Positions 41,436 through 50,483 of a stretch of DNA of 64,000 bases are shown here, piece by piece. The notes below the pieces were generated by a model, which was given only the letters and a program-made list of their open reading frames with translations, was not told the DNA's origin and searched no databases. Every line of letters begins with the position of its first letter. Positions within the stretch are counted from its first letter, which is position 1. The stretch spans positions 778,033 to 842,032 of the forward strand of contig NZ_LN898221.1 in assembly GCF_001457815.1 (NCBI RefSeq), in the 5' to 3' direction. The DNA is from Vitreoscilla massiliensis (GTDB lineage Bacteria > Pseudomonadota > Gammaproteobacteria > Burkholderiales > Neisseriaceae). The translations under genes were made by a program, and so were the position numbers.

Positions 41436-43370
41436 TTAATCATGGGCCAAAGCATCTATGGGGTTCAGTTTCGAGGCATTGCGCGCCGGCATATAGCCAA
41501 AGGCAACACCAATTAAAGTCGAGCAAGTCAGCGCCAGTATGATGGAACCGCTAGAGAACGACATTGGGAAACTGCTGACAAATTGGTTGAAAATCAGGCC
41601 GATTAAACCCGACAAGGCAATGCCGATGAAACCACCGAGCAAACAAATCAACACCGCTTCAATTAAGAATTGCGACAAGATGTTCATTTGTCGTGCACCG
41701 ATGGCCATGCGCACACCGATTTCCTTGGTGCGCTCGGTCACCGACACCAACATGATGTTCATCACACCGATGCCGCCGACAATCAGCGAAATCAAGGCGA
41801 TACTGGAAATCAACATGGTCATGGTGCCGGTGGTCGATTCTATGGTTTGTTTAATCGAGTCGCTGTTGCGGGTGAAAAAGTCTTTGCTGCCGTGGCGCGC
41901 GGTCAGCAAGGCGGTAATGCTTTGCTCGGCCACTTGCGTGGACACATTGTCTTTGATTTTCACTGTTACCGAACTGATGTTGCGCGCACCGGTGATTTTG
42001 TTCATCACCGTGGTGTAAGGCGACCACATATTGAGGTTTTCATTGGCACCAAAGCCGGTGTCTACCGCGGTGACGCCGATGACTTTCAGCGGCACATTGT
42101 TAAACAAAATGACTTTGCCCAATGGCCGCTCGCCCTCTCCAAACAATTGTTTCAGCGTGTTTTGGTCTATCACCACCACCGATTCGTTGTTTTTAACATC
42201 GTCTTCGGTGAAAAAACGCCCTGCCGCCAGTTTCTTGCCGTTAACATCAAAATACTGATCGCCCGCACCGGTCAATGAGCCAGTCAATGAGATGCTGCCC
42301 GACACCAATAAGCCACTGGTGGAGACGCTGGGCGTGACATTGTCGACATACGTCTGTTCGGCCAAGGCATCGGCATCGGCCACCACCAAGGTTTTCACTT
42401 TATTGGAGCGTCGGTCACCAAAGCCTGAGCCCGGGTAAATCGAGATGGTATTGGTGCCGATAGAAGAAATGTTTTGCAAAATCTGCTCTTGTGAGCCGCG
42501 CCCCAAAGCCACCACCGACACCACCGAGGCGATGCCGATGATGATGCCGAGCATGGTCAGCAGCGAGCGCATTTTGTGCGCAATAATCGCTTGCACCGCC
42601 ATTTTGAACGATTCGCCCACTTGATCTTTGTAAAAACCAAACGTCGATTTCTCTTTCAATTTGGCTTGCGGCTCATGCGCCTTCACCGCCTCTTTGCTGA
42701 CATCGGCAACGATTTCACCGTCTTTGATTTCTATCACACGGTTGGCGTAATCGGCGATTTTGGCATCGTGGGTGACCAACACGATGGTATGGCCCTCTGC
42801 ATACAAGTCTTGCAAAATGCCCATCACCATCACGCCCGAAGCCGAATCCAGCGCACCGGTCGGTTCGTCAGCCAAGATGATTTCGCCGCCATTCATCAGC
42901 GCCCGCGCAATCGACACACGCTGTTGCTGACCACCGGACAATTCACTGGGCAGATTATTGGTTTTGTCGCCCAAACCCAAATCGGTGAGCAATTGCACTG
43001 CGCGCTCATGGCGCAGCTTCTCATCCACACCTGCATACACCGCCGGCAACGCGACGTTGTCACGCGCACTCAAACTAGACAGCAAATTGTAACGCTGGAA
43101 AATAAAACCAAACTTTTTGCGCCGCAGCGCCGCCAAATCGTCGGCTTCCATGTTCAAGGTTTCGATACCGTCGACTTGGTAAGAACCGGAACTGGGCGTG
43201 TCCAAGCAGCCAATCGCATTCATCAGCGTCGATTTGCCCGAACCCGATTGACCGATGATGGCAATAAAATCGCCTTGCTCTACCGACAAATTGATGTCTT
43301 TTAAGATGTGAACTTGGTTCTCACCCTCACCAAAATACTTGTTCAGGTTTTTGATTTCTATCATCGCCAT
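41436..43370 (-). CDS. macB: MacB-type ABC transporter (N-terminal ATPase plus C-terminal FtsX-like permease)
   Basis: Walker A GQSGSGKST, signature LSGGQQQRV, 644 aa. Confidence 0.9.
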   Translation of the reverse strand: MAMIEIKNLNKYFGEGENQVHILKDINLSVEQGDFIAIIGQSGSGKSTLMNAIGCLDTPSSGSYQVDGIETLNMEADDLAALRRKKFGFIFQRYNLLSSLSARDNVALPAVYAGVDEKLRHERAVQLLTDLGLGDKTNNLPSELSGGQQQRVSIARALMNGGEIILADEPTGALDSASGVMVMGILQDLYAEGHTIVLVTHDAKIADYANRVIEIKDGEIVADVSKEAVKAHEPQAKLKEKSTFGFYKDQVGESFKMAVQAIIAHKMRSLLTMLGIIIGIASVVSVVALGRGSQEQILQNISSIGTNTISIYPGSGFGDRRSNKVKTLVVADADALAEQTYVDNVTPSVSTSGLLVSGSISLTGSLTGAGDQYFDVNGKKLAAGRFFTEDDVKNNESVVVIDQNTLKQLFGEGERPLGKVILFNNVPLKVIGVTAVDTGFGANENLNMWSPYTTVMNKITGARNISSVTVKIKDNVSTQVAEQSITALLTARHGSKDFFTRNSDSIKQTIESTTGTMTMLISSIALISLIVGGIGVMNIMLVSVTERTKEIGVRMAIGARQMNILSQFLIEAVLICLLGGFIGIALSGLIGLIFNQFVSSFPMSFSSGSIILALTCSTLIGVAFGYMPARNASKLNPIDALAHD

Positions 43371-43375
43371 GGCGC

Positions 43376-44569
43376 TTACCTCGGGCCCATGCCACCGCTA
43401 GGACGACGACCTTGTCCTTGTTGGACGGCTTGCGATTTCTCACTCGCGCTCATGCTGCCCATGATGACTTTGTCGCCCTCTTTCAAGCCAGACAAAACTT
43501 GGGTATTCAAACCATCGGTCAGACCGACTTTGATGTCGCGTTCTTCTACTTTGCCATCGGCCTGTAACACCTGCACCACGCGTTTGCCTTTTTGTTTCTT
43601 AATCGCCATCGTCGGCACGATTAAGGTGTTTTTCACTTCTTGCGAGGTAATCACGTTTTGCGTGGTCATGCCGATGCGCAACTTGCCTTCTTCATTCGGC
43701 ACCAACAATTTGGCGTAGTAATACACCGCCGCATCGCTGCTGGAAGATTCGGTGTAAGTACCGTCGGTCAAAGTGGTCAAACCGGGGTCTATCGATTGCA
43801 GCGTGGTGTGGAATTTCTCATTTGGCTCAGACAAGATGGTGTATTCCACCGGCAAGCCGGCTTTGACCTTGGTGATGTCGCCTTCGGCGATTTCCAATTT
43901 CACTTCCATTTGGCTCAAATCGGCAATTTCCGCAATCGTCGGTGTGGTTTGGTTGGCATTGACGGTTTGGCCTTCCTCCACTGGCACAGACACCACCGTA
44001 CCGGTAAACGGCGCGATGATTTTGGTATAGCCCAATTCCACTTCGGCGGTGTTAATCGCCACCGTGGTTTGCTTAATCGACGCCTGCGTTTGTTTTAAGG
44101 CCGCTTGTGCTGCCGACCACGCGTCTTTGGCGTTTTCCACCGCTTCGCGCGAGCTGGCGTCTTCGCTTAACAAGGCTTGTTCACGTTGGTATTGTTTGGA
44201 AGCGATGTCCAATTGGATTTTCTGATTCGCCACTTGCGCATTCAATGAAGCCAATTCGGCTTGTTTGGTTTGCAAGGTGTTTTGTTGGGTGATGGGGTCG
44301 ATTTGCGCAATCAAATCGCCTTTTTTCACTTGGTCGCCCACTTTGATGTAAAGCTTTTTGATTTGACCCGACGCTTGCGCACCGACCGTCACTTTTTGCG
44401 CCGCCGATACCGTACCGGTGGCATTCACCGTCACCGCCAAATCGCCGCGTGACACGGTTTCGGTAATGTAATCGACTTTCTCTTGCTTGTTAAACCAGAA
44501 AAAATAAGCGGCCAGCGCCAGCGCCACGACCCCGATGGCCAGCAGCAGCCATTTGATTTTTTTATTCAT
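43376..44569 (-). CDS. macA: Periplasmic adaptor (HlyD/MacA family)
   Basis: One transmembrane helix plus coiled-coil and lipoyl/beta-barrel domains. Immediately upstream of macB. Confidence 0.85.
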   Translation of the reverse strand: MNKKIKWLLLAIGVVALALAAYFFWFNKQEKVDYITETVSRGDLAVTVNATGTVSAAQKVTVGAQASGQIKKLYIKVGDQVKKGDLIAQIDPITQQNTLQTKQAELASLNAQVANQKIQLDIASKQYQREQALLSEDASSREAVENAKDAWSAAQAALKQTQASIKQTTVAINTAEVELGYTKIIAPFTGTVVSVPVEEGQTVNANQTTPTIAEIADLSQMEVKLEIAEGDITKVKAGLPVEYTILSEPNEKFHTTLQSIDPGLTTLTDGTYTESSSSDAAVYYYAKLLVPNEEGKLRIGMTTQNVITSQEVKNTLIVPTMAIKKQKGKRVVQVLQADGKVEERDIKVGLTDGLNTQVLSGLKEGDKVIMGSMSASEKSQAVQQGQGRRPSGGMGPR

Positions 44570-44717
44570 AAGCGAATAAACCCATTTGAAATAATTGTTT
44601 ACTGTGCGACGACCAACTGCCACTCAAAAGTACAGCCAGTCTACATGATTTTTGCAGTGCATTATGCCAGCGCAAACTTAGTACAAACTTAGCACATGCA
44701 AATAAGGCGCATTTTCA

Positions 44718-45203
44718 TCAGATGTCCACAGCCACATTCACCGCTTGTGGGTTCAACACACGCAAATCAGCGGCCTGCATCGCCACCAAAAATCCGCGTT
44801 TACCGCCATTGATGTAAATGGTGTCCAACTCCAAAATACTGGCTTCCACATACACTGGCAAAGCCACTTTGGTGCCGAACGGGCTGGTGCCGCCAACCAA
44901 ATAACCGGTCCATTTGTTCGCTTGTTTGGGGTCGGCCGGCTCAATGTGTTTCATGCCCAAATCGCGTGCCAATTGGCGCGTGGAGATGTGTTTGTCGCCG
45001 TGCATCAACACGATTAAGCCTTGCTTTTTTTCGTTCTCACACACGATGGTTTTGATGACCAAGTGCTCATCCACGCCCAAACACTCAGCCGAATGGGCGG
45101 TGCCGCCGCGTTCTTCGTATTCATACAGATGCGGCACATGGGCGACGCTGTGCTGGCGCAAAAATCGAATTGCTTGGGTCACGGGAAAATCTTGTTTAGC
45201 CAT
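44718..45203 (-). CDS. ybaK: Cys-tRNA(Pro)/Cys-tRNA(Cys) deacylase
   Basis: 161 aa. YbaK motifs (KTIVCE, GGTSPFG). Confidence 0.85.
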   Translation of the reverse strand: MAKQDFPVTQAIRFLRQHSVAHVPHLYEYEERGGTAHSAECLGVDEHLVIKTIVCENEKKQGLIVLMHGDKHISTRQLARDLGMKHIEPADPKQANKWTGYLVGGTSPFGTKVALPVYVEASILELDTIYINGGKRGFLVAMQAADLRVLNPQAVNVAVDI

Positions 45204-45244
45204 TTTTATGCTCTTCTGCTAACATCAACCTCCCTATTGTAAGG

Positions 45245-45601
45245 ATGATTACCATGAGCATACAACGTCACATCACCAATCACCGCTTGTCTGAAGCGGT
45301 AGTCGCCAACGGCTTTATCTTCTTGGCCGGTCAAGTGCCTAGCATAGACACGCCAGACGCGGAAGCCCAAACCGTTGATGTGTTAAAACAAATCGACAAA
45401 TTGTTGGCTGAATTGGGTTCTGACAAAAGCAAAATCTTGGAAGCCACCATTTATTTGACCGACTTGGCCAATTACGATGCCTTGAATCGCGCTTGGGATG
45501 CTTGGGTTCCTGCCGGTCACGCGCCTGCGCGCGCTTGCGTGAAAGCCGACATTGCCAATCCTAACTGGTTGGTAGAAATCAAATTAACGGCATTGGCGTA
45601 A
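45245..45601 (+). CDS. RidA/YjgF-family protein
   Basis: 118 aa. C-terminal PARACVKA...NWLVEI motif. Confidence 0.75.
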   Translation: MITMSIQRHITNHRLSEAVVANGFIFLAGQVPSIDTPDAEAQTVDVLKQIDKLLAELGSDKSKILEATIYLTDLANYDALNRAWDAWVPAGHAPARACVKADIANPNWLVEIKLTALA

Positions 45602-45614
45602 TGTCATGTTAAAA

Positions 45615-45650
45615 CAAGCGGCCTGTAAAGCATTTACAGGCCGCTTTTTT
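45615..45650. terminator. Inverted uptake-motif pair plus T-run
   Basis: CAAGCGGCCTGTAAAGCATTTACAGGCCGCTTTTTT. Confidence 0.7.
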
Positions 45651-45784
45651 CATGTTTAAAAATCACTTCAGCGCATAGAAACCATGCCCATGCGGCCTGT
45701 AAACACTGGCAATCCACGCTGTACAAGTTTCCAGTGTTGCTGCATGATAGACCTGAAGCCATTAACTCATCATAAGGAGTGTGC

Positions 45785-46837
45785 ATGACCACGTACACAC
45801 AATTGCAGTTAACCCGCCCCATCATCCAAGCGCCCATGGCCGGCGGTGCCTCCTCACCACAATTGGTCGCAGCCGTCAGCAATGCCGGCGGACTTGGCAG
45901 TTTCGCCTGCGGCATGATTTCATCGCAGCAAATGCGCGAAGGCGTGGCGCACATCCGCAGCCTCACCAGCAAAGCGTTTGCGCTGAATCTGTTTATCTTA
46001 CCCGAATCGGTACAGCCCGATGCCGCTGCTTTGGCCGCCAGCAAGGCATGGCTAGACCCAGCGCTGCGCCAAGTCGGCTTGAGCATGCCCACACCGGCCG
46101 CATGGTCGCAGTCCTTCCAAGCCCAATTCGCCACTTTGCTTGAGCTCGCGCCTACCGTTGCCAGCTTCGCCTTTGGCATCTTGAATCCTGCCCAAGTCGC
46201 CGCCTTGAAACAGCGCAATATCTTGGTCATCGGCACCGCCAACAGTGTTGAACACATGCAAGCATGGCTGGACGTCGGTGCCGATGCCGTCATCGTGCAA
46301 GGCGTGGAAGCCGGTGGTCACCGCGGCGGCCCAACGGAATTGGCTGCCGCACAAGAACTGGCTTTGGACGATTTGCTCGCCGCTTGCCGCCCCTTAAGCG
46401 ACAAACCGCTCATCGCCGCCGGTGGCATCATGAATGGCGAACGCATCAGCGCCTTACTCGAGGCCGGTGCCAATGCGGTACAAATGGGCACGGTATTTTT
46501 GTGCAGCGACGAATGTGGCGCCTCAGCAGTGATGAAACAAGCCTTGTGGCAACGCCGCGACCAGCCTACGCGCTTAACGCGCTTGTTCTCAGGCAAACCC
46601 GCGCGCGGTGTGGTCAACGCTTGGATGCAACAATTGGCCGAACACGAGTCCGATACCTTGCCCTATCCTTACCACAACGCCTTAACCACGCCACTGCGCA
46701 CGTGGGCCAACCAAGCCAACGAACCCGATTACTTGGCCTTGTGGGCTGGCACTGGTTTGCCACATATTCAAAAAACCAGCGCCACCAACATCCTCGACGC
46801 GCTGTATCCCGTCGTCGCCACGGAATCGGCCTCATGA
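45785..46837 (+). CDS. Nitronate monooxygenase (NMO, FMN-dependent)
   Basis: N-terminal IIQAPMAGG..S..LV.AVSNAGGLG motif. Confidence 0.85.
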   Translation: MTTYTQLQLTRPIIQAPMAGGASSPQLVAAVSNAGGLGSFACGMISSQQMREGVAHIRSLTSKAFALNLFILPESVQPDAAALAASKAWLDPALRQVGLSMPTPAAWSQSFQAQFATLLELAPTVASFAFGILNPAQVAALKQRNILVIGTANSVEHMQAWLDVGADAVIVQGVEAGGHRGGPTELAAAQELALDDLLAACRPLSDKPLIAAGGIMNGERISALLEAGANAVQMGTVFLCSDECGASAVMKQALWQRRDQPTRLTRLFSGKPARGVVNAWMQQLAEHESDTLPYPYHNALTTPLRTWANQANEPDYLALWAGTGLPHIQKTSATNILDALYPVVATESAS

Positions 46838-46931
46838 AGCCTGACATACACAAGCGGCCTGTAAATGTTACAGGCCGCTTTTTTTTTGTATTGATACCCA
46901 TGCTTTTATTCTAAAACAACTGAGTTTTTTC

Positions 46932-47513
46932 TTATTGCTTAGGGATGACTGCATCTCCTCTACCACTACCACAAAGCGTCATGACTATAAACCTCACATC
47001 GGCCTTCACGGACATATCGTTTAAATACCGAGCATCACTTTTTGCCAAAATTTCTGCATTTGACATATCTATCCCTGCTACTTGCGAAATCCCAGTAATG
47101 CCTGGTCGTATATCGTATAAAGACAAAGCACGTCTGGCTTGAATCAACTCTTTTTGACAGGGCAAGCATGGTCTCGGCCCCACAAAACTCATGTCTCCCC
47201 GCACGATATTCCATAACTGCGGCAATTCATCTAGTTTGGTCTGCCGCAATAATTTACCAATAGGTGTAATGACATGTTCATGTACTTCATGGCTTGGCGC
47301 TTGTTTGGTCTCCACATTCATGGTTCGCAATTTATAACAAATAAACTTTTGTTCATGCAAACCCACTCGCTCTTGCCTGAATATAGCAGGCCCTCTAGAA
47401 GTTATGCGAATCACACAGATACAAATTAAGATAAGTGGAATGACCAAAATTAATCCTAAAACGGCCACAGGCCATTCCATCAATCTTTTACAACATAATT
47501 GTTTCTTCAACAT
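46932..47513 (-). CDS. Monotopic phosphoglycosyl transferase (bacterial sugar transferase, Campylobacter PglC-like)
   Basis: 193 aa, colinear with PglC (KRL.EW...GDMSFVGPRP...RPGITG). Lower GC than its flanks. No glycan-biosynthesis neighbours. Confidence 0.75.
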   Translation of the reverse strand: MLKKQLCCKRLMEWPVAVLGLILVIPLILICICVIRITSRGPAIFRQERVGLHEQKFICYKLRTMNVETKQAPSHEVHEHVITPIGKLLRQTKLDELPQLWNIVRGDMSFVGPRPCLPCQKELIQARRALSLYDIRPGITGISQVAGIDMSNAEILAKSDARYLNDMSVKADVRFIVMTLCGSGRGDAVIPKQ

Positions 47514-47610
47514 TTATCACAGTCCCCTATTCTATGGCTACCGTTTATAACATTACCATGCCTGCTTTAATGAGTATTGATTCAATATATTTCCAGCTTA
47601 CTCAACTTAC

Positions 47611-47988
47611 TCACTTCACCGTAAACGTCCCGATTAACACCGACTCCTGATTCGCTTGTCCCTGTTGTTCTTGCGCCATTTTCACACGCAGGATTTGTTC
47701 GCTTTGATTCGGTTTGCCCCAATGGCGAATCAGGCGCACGTGCGCAGTGGTGGGACCGGTGACGATTTGCTGTCTGTCGCCGTAAAAATGGGCGCGGATT
47801 TCGTATTCGCCGGCTTTCGGGTCTTTCAACCAAAACACTTCTGGGCCATAGCCGCCAGTGAAATCTTGAGAAATGCGCCCGCCTTGGTAGCTTTGCGGAT
47901 GGGCGTAATACACTTTTTCGCCATTCGGGTCGAGCACCCACAAATCCATGTCGGAATTGTCGCTGTCCCAAGTGAGCACCACGCGCAT
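47611..47988 (-). CDS. C-terminal domain ORF (125 aa) placed 2 nt downstream of, and out of frame with, the VIT-domain ORF. Probably the detached tail of the same gene
   Basis: Protein-like. Starts 2 nt after the upstream stop. Confidence 0.4.
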   Translation of the reverse strand: MRVVLTWDSDNSDMDLWVLDPNGEKVYYAHPQSYQGGRISQDFTGGYGPEVFWLKDPKAGEYEIRAHFYGDRQQIVTGPTTAHVRLIRHWGKPNQSEQILRVKMAQEQQGQANQESVLIGTFTVK

Positions 47989-47990
47989 GT

Positions 47991-48905
47991 CTATTGCAGG
48001 CTCACTTGGGCATTGGGCACGGCTTTAAAATACGCGGCCAACACCGCCAGTTGTGAGGCCACATCGGCATCTTGGCGCGATAAAGACGCATCCCAGACGA
48101 TGGCCAGATGTTGCGGCGGCGTGCGCACATAGGCGCTGTCGGCTACAGGAATATTGGCGAGGAAATAGCGCTCGGCGCCCACTTGTTGCAACAACACTTG
48201 GCCGCTGTTGGGTGCGGCAAATTCCCAGTTCAGGCCACTGAGTAGTTCATGCTGCGTCAACCGAGCCTGCGCGACAAAACCACCAGCGTGATAATCGCTT
48301 TGCTGAAAACCCGCCGGCACGGCAAAGTCAGCGGCAGTAGCGACGCTGCTGTTGATGCGCACTTGCGCCGCCGCCACTTTGCCAAATTGCAGCGGCAATT
48401 GGTAGCGCATGCGGCCGTTGGCCATGTTTAAGGCTTGCTTGATGGTCATCGACACGGTGCGGCTGCCTTGCGCTGGTATCGGATAAACGCGCAAACGAAA
48501 TTGGTTACCACTGATTTGTTCCAGCAAAGCAGGGTCGACTTGACGACGCTCAACGGCTTCAAACACTTGCTGCGCTTGCGCCTTGGGCACAGGCACGGCC
48601 GGCCGCATTTCGCCATTGATGTCCAAAGCCATGGCGGTGATTTTTTGGCCCTCGGCCAAAGGCACCACCAATTCGCCTTCTAAGGGACGGGAATTGGGAT
48701 TGTAAAAACGCATCGTCAGCTGTGTTTGCGCGATGGCTGGCAAGATTTCGACTTGCACATCCAGTTGTTGCAAGACAATGGCTTGGCTGTTGTTGGCTTG
48801 GGGCACACGCATCTGCACCACGTCAGCCACAGCAATGGATTTGGATTCGGCCGCGAACGCGGTGAAAGCGATGAGCACGCTTAAGAGCAAGGGAGTGGGT
48901 TTCAT
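47991..48905 (-). CDS. Secreted VIT-domain protein. Its vWA domain is cut off after the first strand (HLAIVWDASLS). Likely frameshifted or deleted
   Basis: Signal peptide. VIT-like block (EGELVVPLAEG...LLEQISGNQFRLRVYPIP). The start of a vWA MIDAS strand comes just before the stop. Confidence 0.55.
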   Translation of the reverse strand: MKPTPLLLSVLIAFTAFAAESKSIAVADVVQMRVPQANNSQAIVLQQLDVQVEILPAIAQTQLTMRFYNPNSRPLEGELVVPLAEGQKITAMALDINGEMRPAVPVPKAQAQQVFEAVERRQVDPALLEQISGNQFRLRVYPIPAQGSRTVSMTIKQALNMANGRMRYQLPLQFGKVAAAQVRINSSVATAADFAVPAGFQQSDYHAGGFVAQARLTQHELLSGLNWEFAAPNSGQVLLQQVGAERYFLANIPVADSAYVRTPPQHLAIVWDASLSRQDADVASQLAVLAAYFKAVPNAQVSLQ

Positions 48906-49059
48906 GGTAAGCCTTGGGAAAGTTTACAGGCCGCATGTCTCTGTCTATCTCAGACCAACAGCACACACGCCATCAGCATGAAACCAATATGCGGTGTTTA
49001 AACCAGAAACGCAATCTGCACGCGCTGTACAACAGATGGGTAGCGAGCAAATACCACAC

Positions 49060-49458
49060 TCACCACCATGCATGCCACGCATGTTGGCGCAATAAATAAT
49101 GATTGTACGGCGTGCGCACCGCCGCCCAGATTTGCATCGCCGCATACGGCAATACCCACCACATGGCGTCGAAATACCAACTCAAGGTAATGCACAACAT
49201 CAATACCGACAACAACACGATGGCAGGATTGATTAAACCGATGTAAGCCAAATACAACCAGCCCAACAACAAGGTGCCCCAACTGCCCAAGATGGCCAAT
49301 TTGTGTGGGAAACCGGTATAAAAAGCGGCCTGTAACTTCTCAGACCAACTCAAACCACCGAATTTATCGAAGAAATCAAACAGCAGCCATTGCTTGTCGC
49401 TGAATGACGGCGGCGCAGGCTGAGGTTTGAGTGGAGGTGGCGTTTGCTGCTGGTTCAT
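49060..49458 (-). CDS. Hypothetical membrane protein with a Pro-rich N-terminus
   Basis: Three or four hydrophobic helices. Trp-rich. Confidence 0.45.
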   Translation of the reverse strand: MNQQQTPPPLKPQPAPPSFSDKQWLLFDFFDKFGGLSWSEKLQAAFYTGFPHKLAILGSWGTLLLGWLYLAYIGLINPAIVLLSVLMLCITLSWYFDAMWWVLPYAAMQIWAAVRTPYNHYLLRQHAWHAWW

Positions 49459-49647
49459 ACCCTTCCTACGAATCTGATACACGGTTACGGCATAGAGGCT
49501 GCCACTTTGCAGCCATCAAACCACAAACCCTGCCCAACAGCAAATTAAATGGCATATTTTTACCAATAAACCCCAATTTATGGCAGAAAGCCACGCACGC
49601 CGCCACTATATTGAGCCGCGTGCATGGTCAAACCGCTAATACTTCAA

Positions 49648-50130
49648 TCAGCGTTCAAACAAATGCTGTGTTGAGGCTTTAGCCAGACAGTGGGCATTGA
49701 TCATAAAGCCGGCCATCGACGTGCTGGCGTCGGCAGGCAAATCTATGTGGTCGGTATCCAAGGCATACACGGTATGGATGTAACGATGCCGCTCGCCCTC
49801 AGGCGGCATACAGCCCATATAGCCTAGGCCACCGCCATCGTGGCGCATTTGGCGCACACCGGCTGGCAAACCACTGCCATCGGCCGCACCGGCGCCACGC
49901 GCCAAACTGCTGACATCGGCGGGCAAGACCAACAACATCCAATGCCACCAACCCGCACCACCAGTAGGTGCATCGGGGTCGTGCATGGCAATGGCAAAAC
50001 CTTTGGTGCCAGCGGGCGCACCGCTCCAACTCAATTGCGGTGATGCACACTCAGGATGGTCGGCCTGAAAGGTGGCACCCATCAATTGGTTCTCAGAAAA
50101 ATCGCTGCTGTTTAAGGTGAAATCAGTCAT
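49648..50130 (-). CDS. YbhB/YbcL-family (PEBP/RKIP-like) protein
   Basis: HDPDAPTGG...WHW and CMPPEGERHRY motifs. Confidence 0.8.
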   Translation of the reverse strand: MTDFTLNSSDFSENQLMGATFQADHPECASPQLSWSGAPAGTKGFAIAMHDPDAPTGGAGWWHWMLLVLPADVSSLARGAGAADGSGLPAGVRQMRHDGGGLGYMGCMPPEGERHRYIHTVYALDTDHIDLPADASTSMAGFMINAHCLAKASTQHLFER

Positions 50131-50350
50131 CACAAATCCTTTTTTAGACCTTGACAAAGGCGGGTTTTAGACAAGCGTTGCAAAATAACCAATATATCAT
50201 AAAAATTTTTCAGCACCGGTTTTAGGCTGATTTATCTAGCCCAGCTGCATAGAATCATGCAAAACAAACCGTTAAACCCTGTCAAATAAAACTGTGCTAA
50301 ACAGTTTTACAAAGCCATAGTTTTTTACATCTTGCCAAGTGCCAAGCTAT

Positions 50351-50397
50351 CCCCTATATTGTGTTCTAAATTTCTACCACACACTATATCGTGTGTC
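50351..50397 (+). promoter_or_regulatory. Two NrdR-box-like palindromes upstream of nrdA (CCCCTATATTGTGTTC and CACACTATATCGTGTG)
   Basis: Match to the NrdR box consensus acaCwAtATaTwGtgt. About 28 bp apart. Confidence 0.55.
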
Positions 50398-50483
50398 TGA
50401 TTCAAGTTTTCCCAAATGTTGAAAGTAAGCCACTATCGGCATTTGTCAAGCATTTTTACCAATATTACTTTAAGGATTTATTC

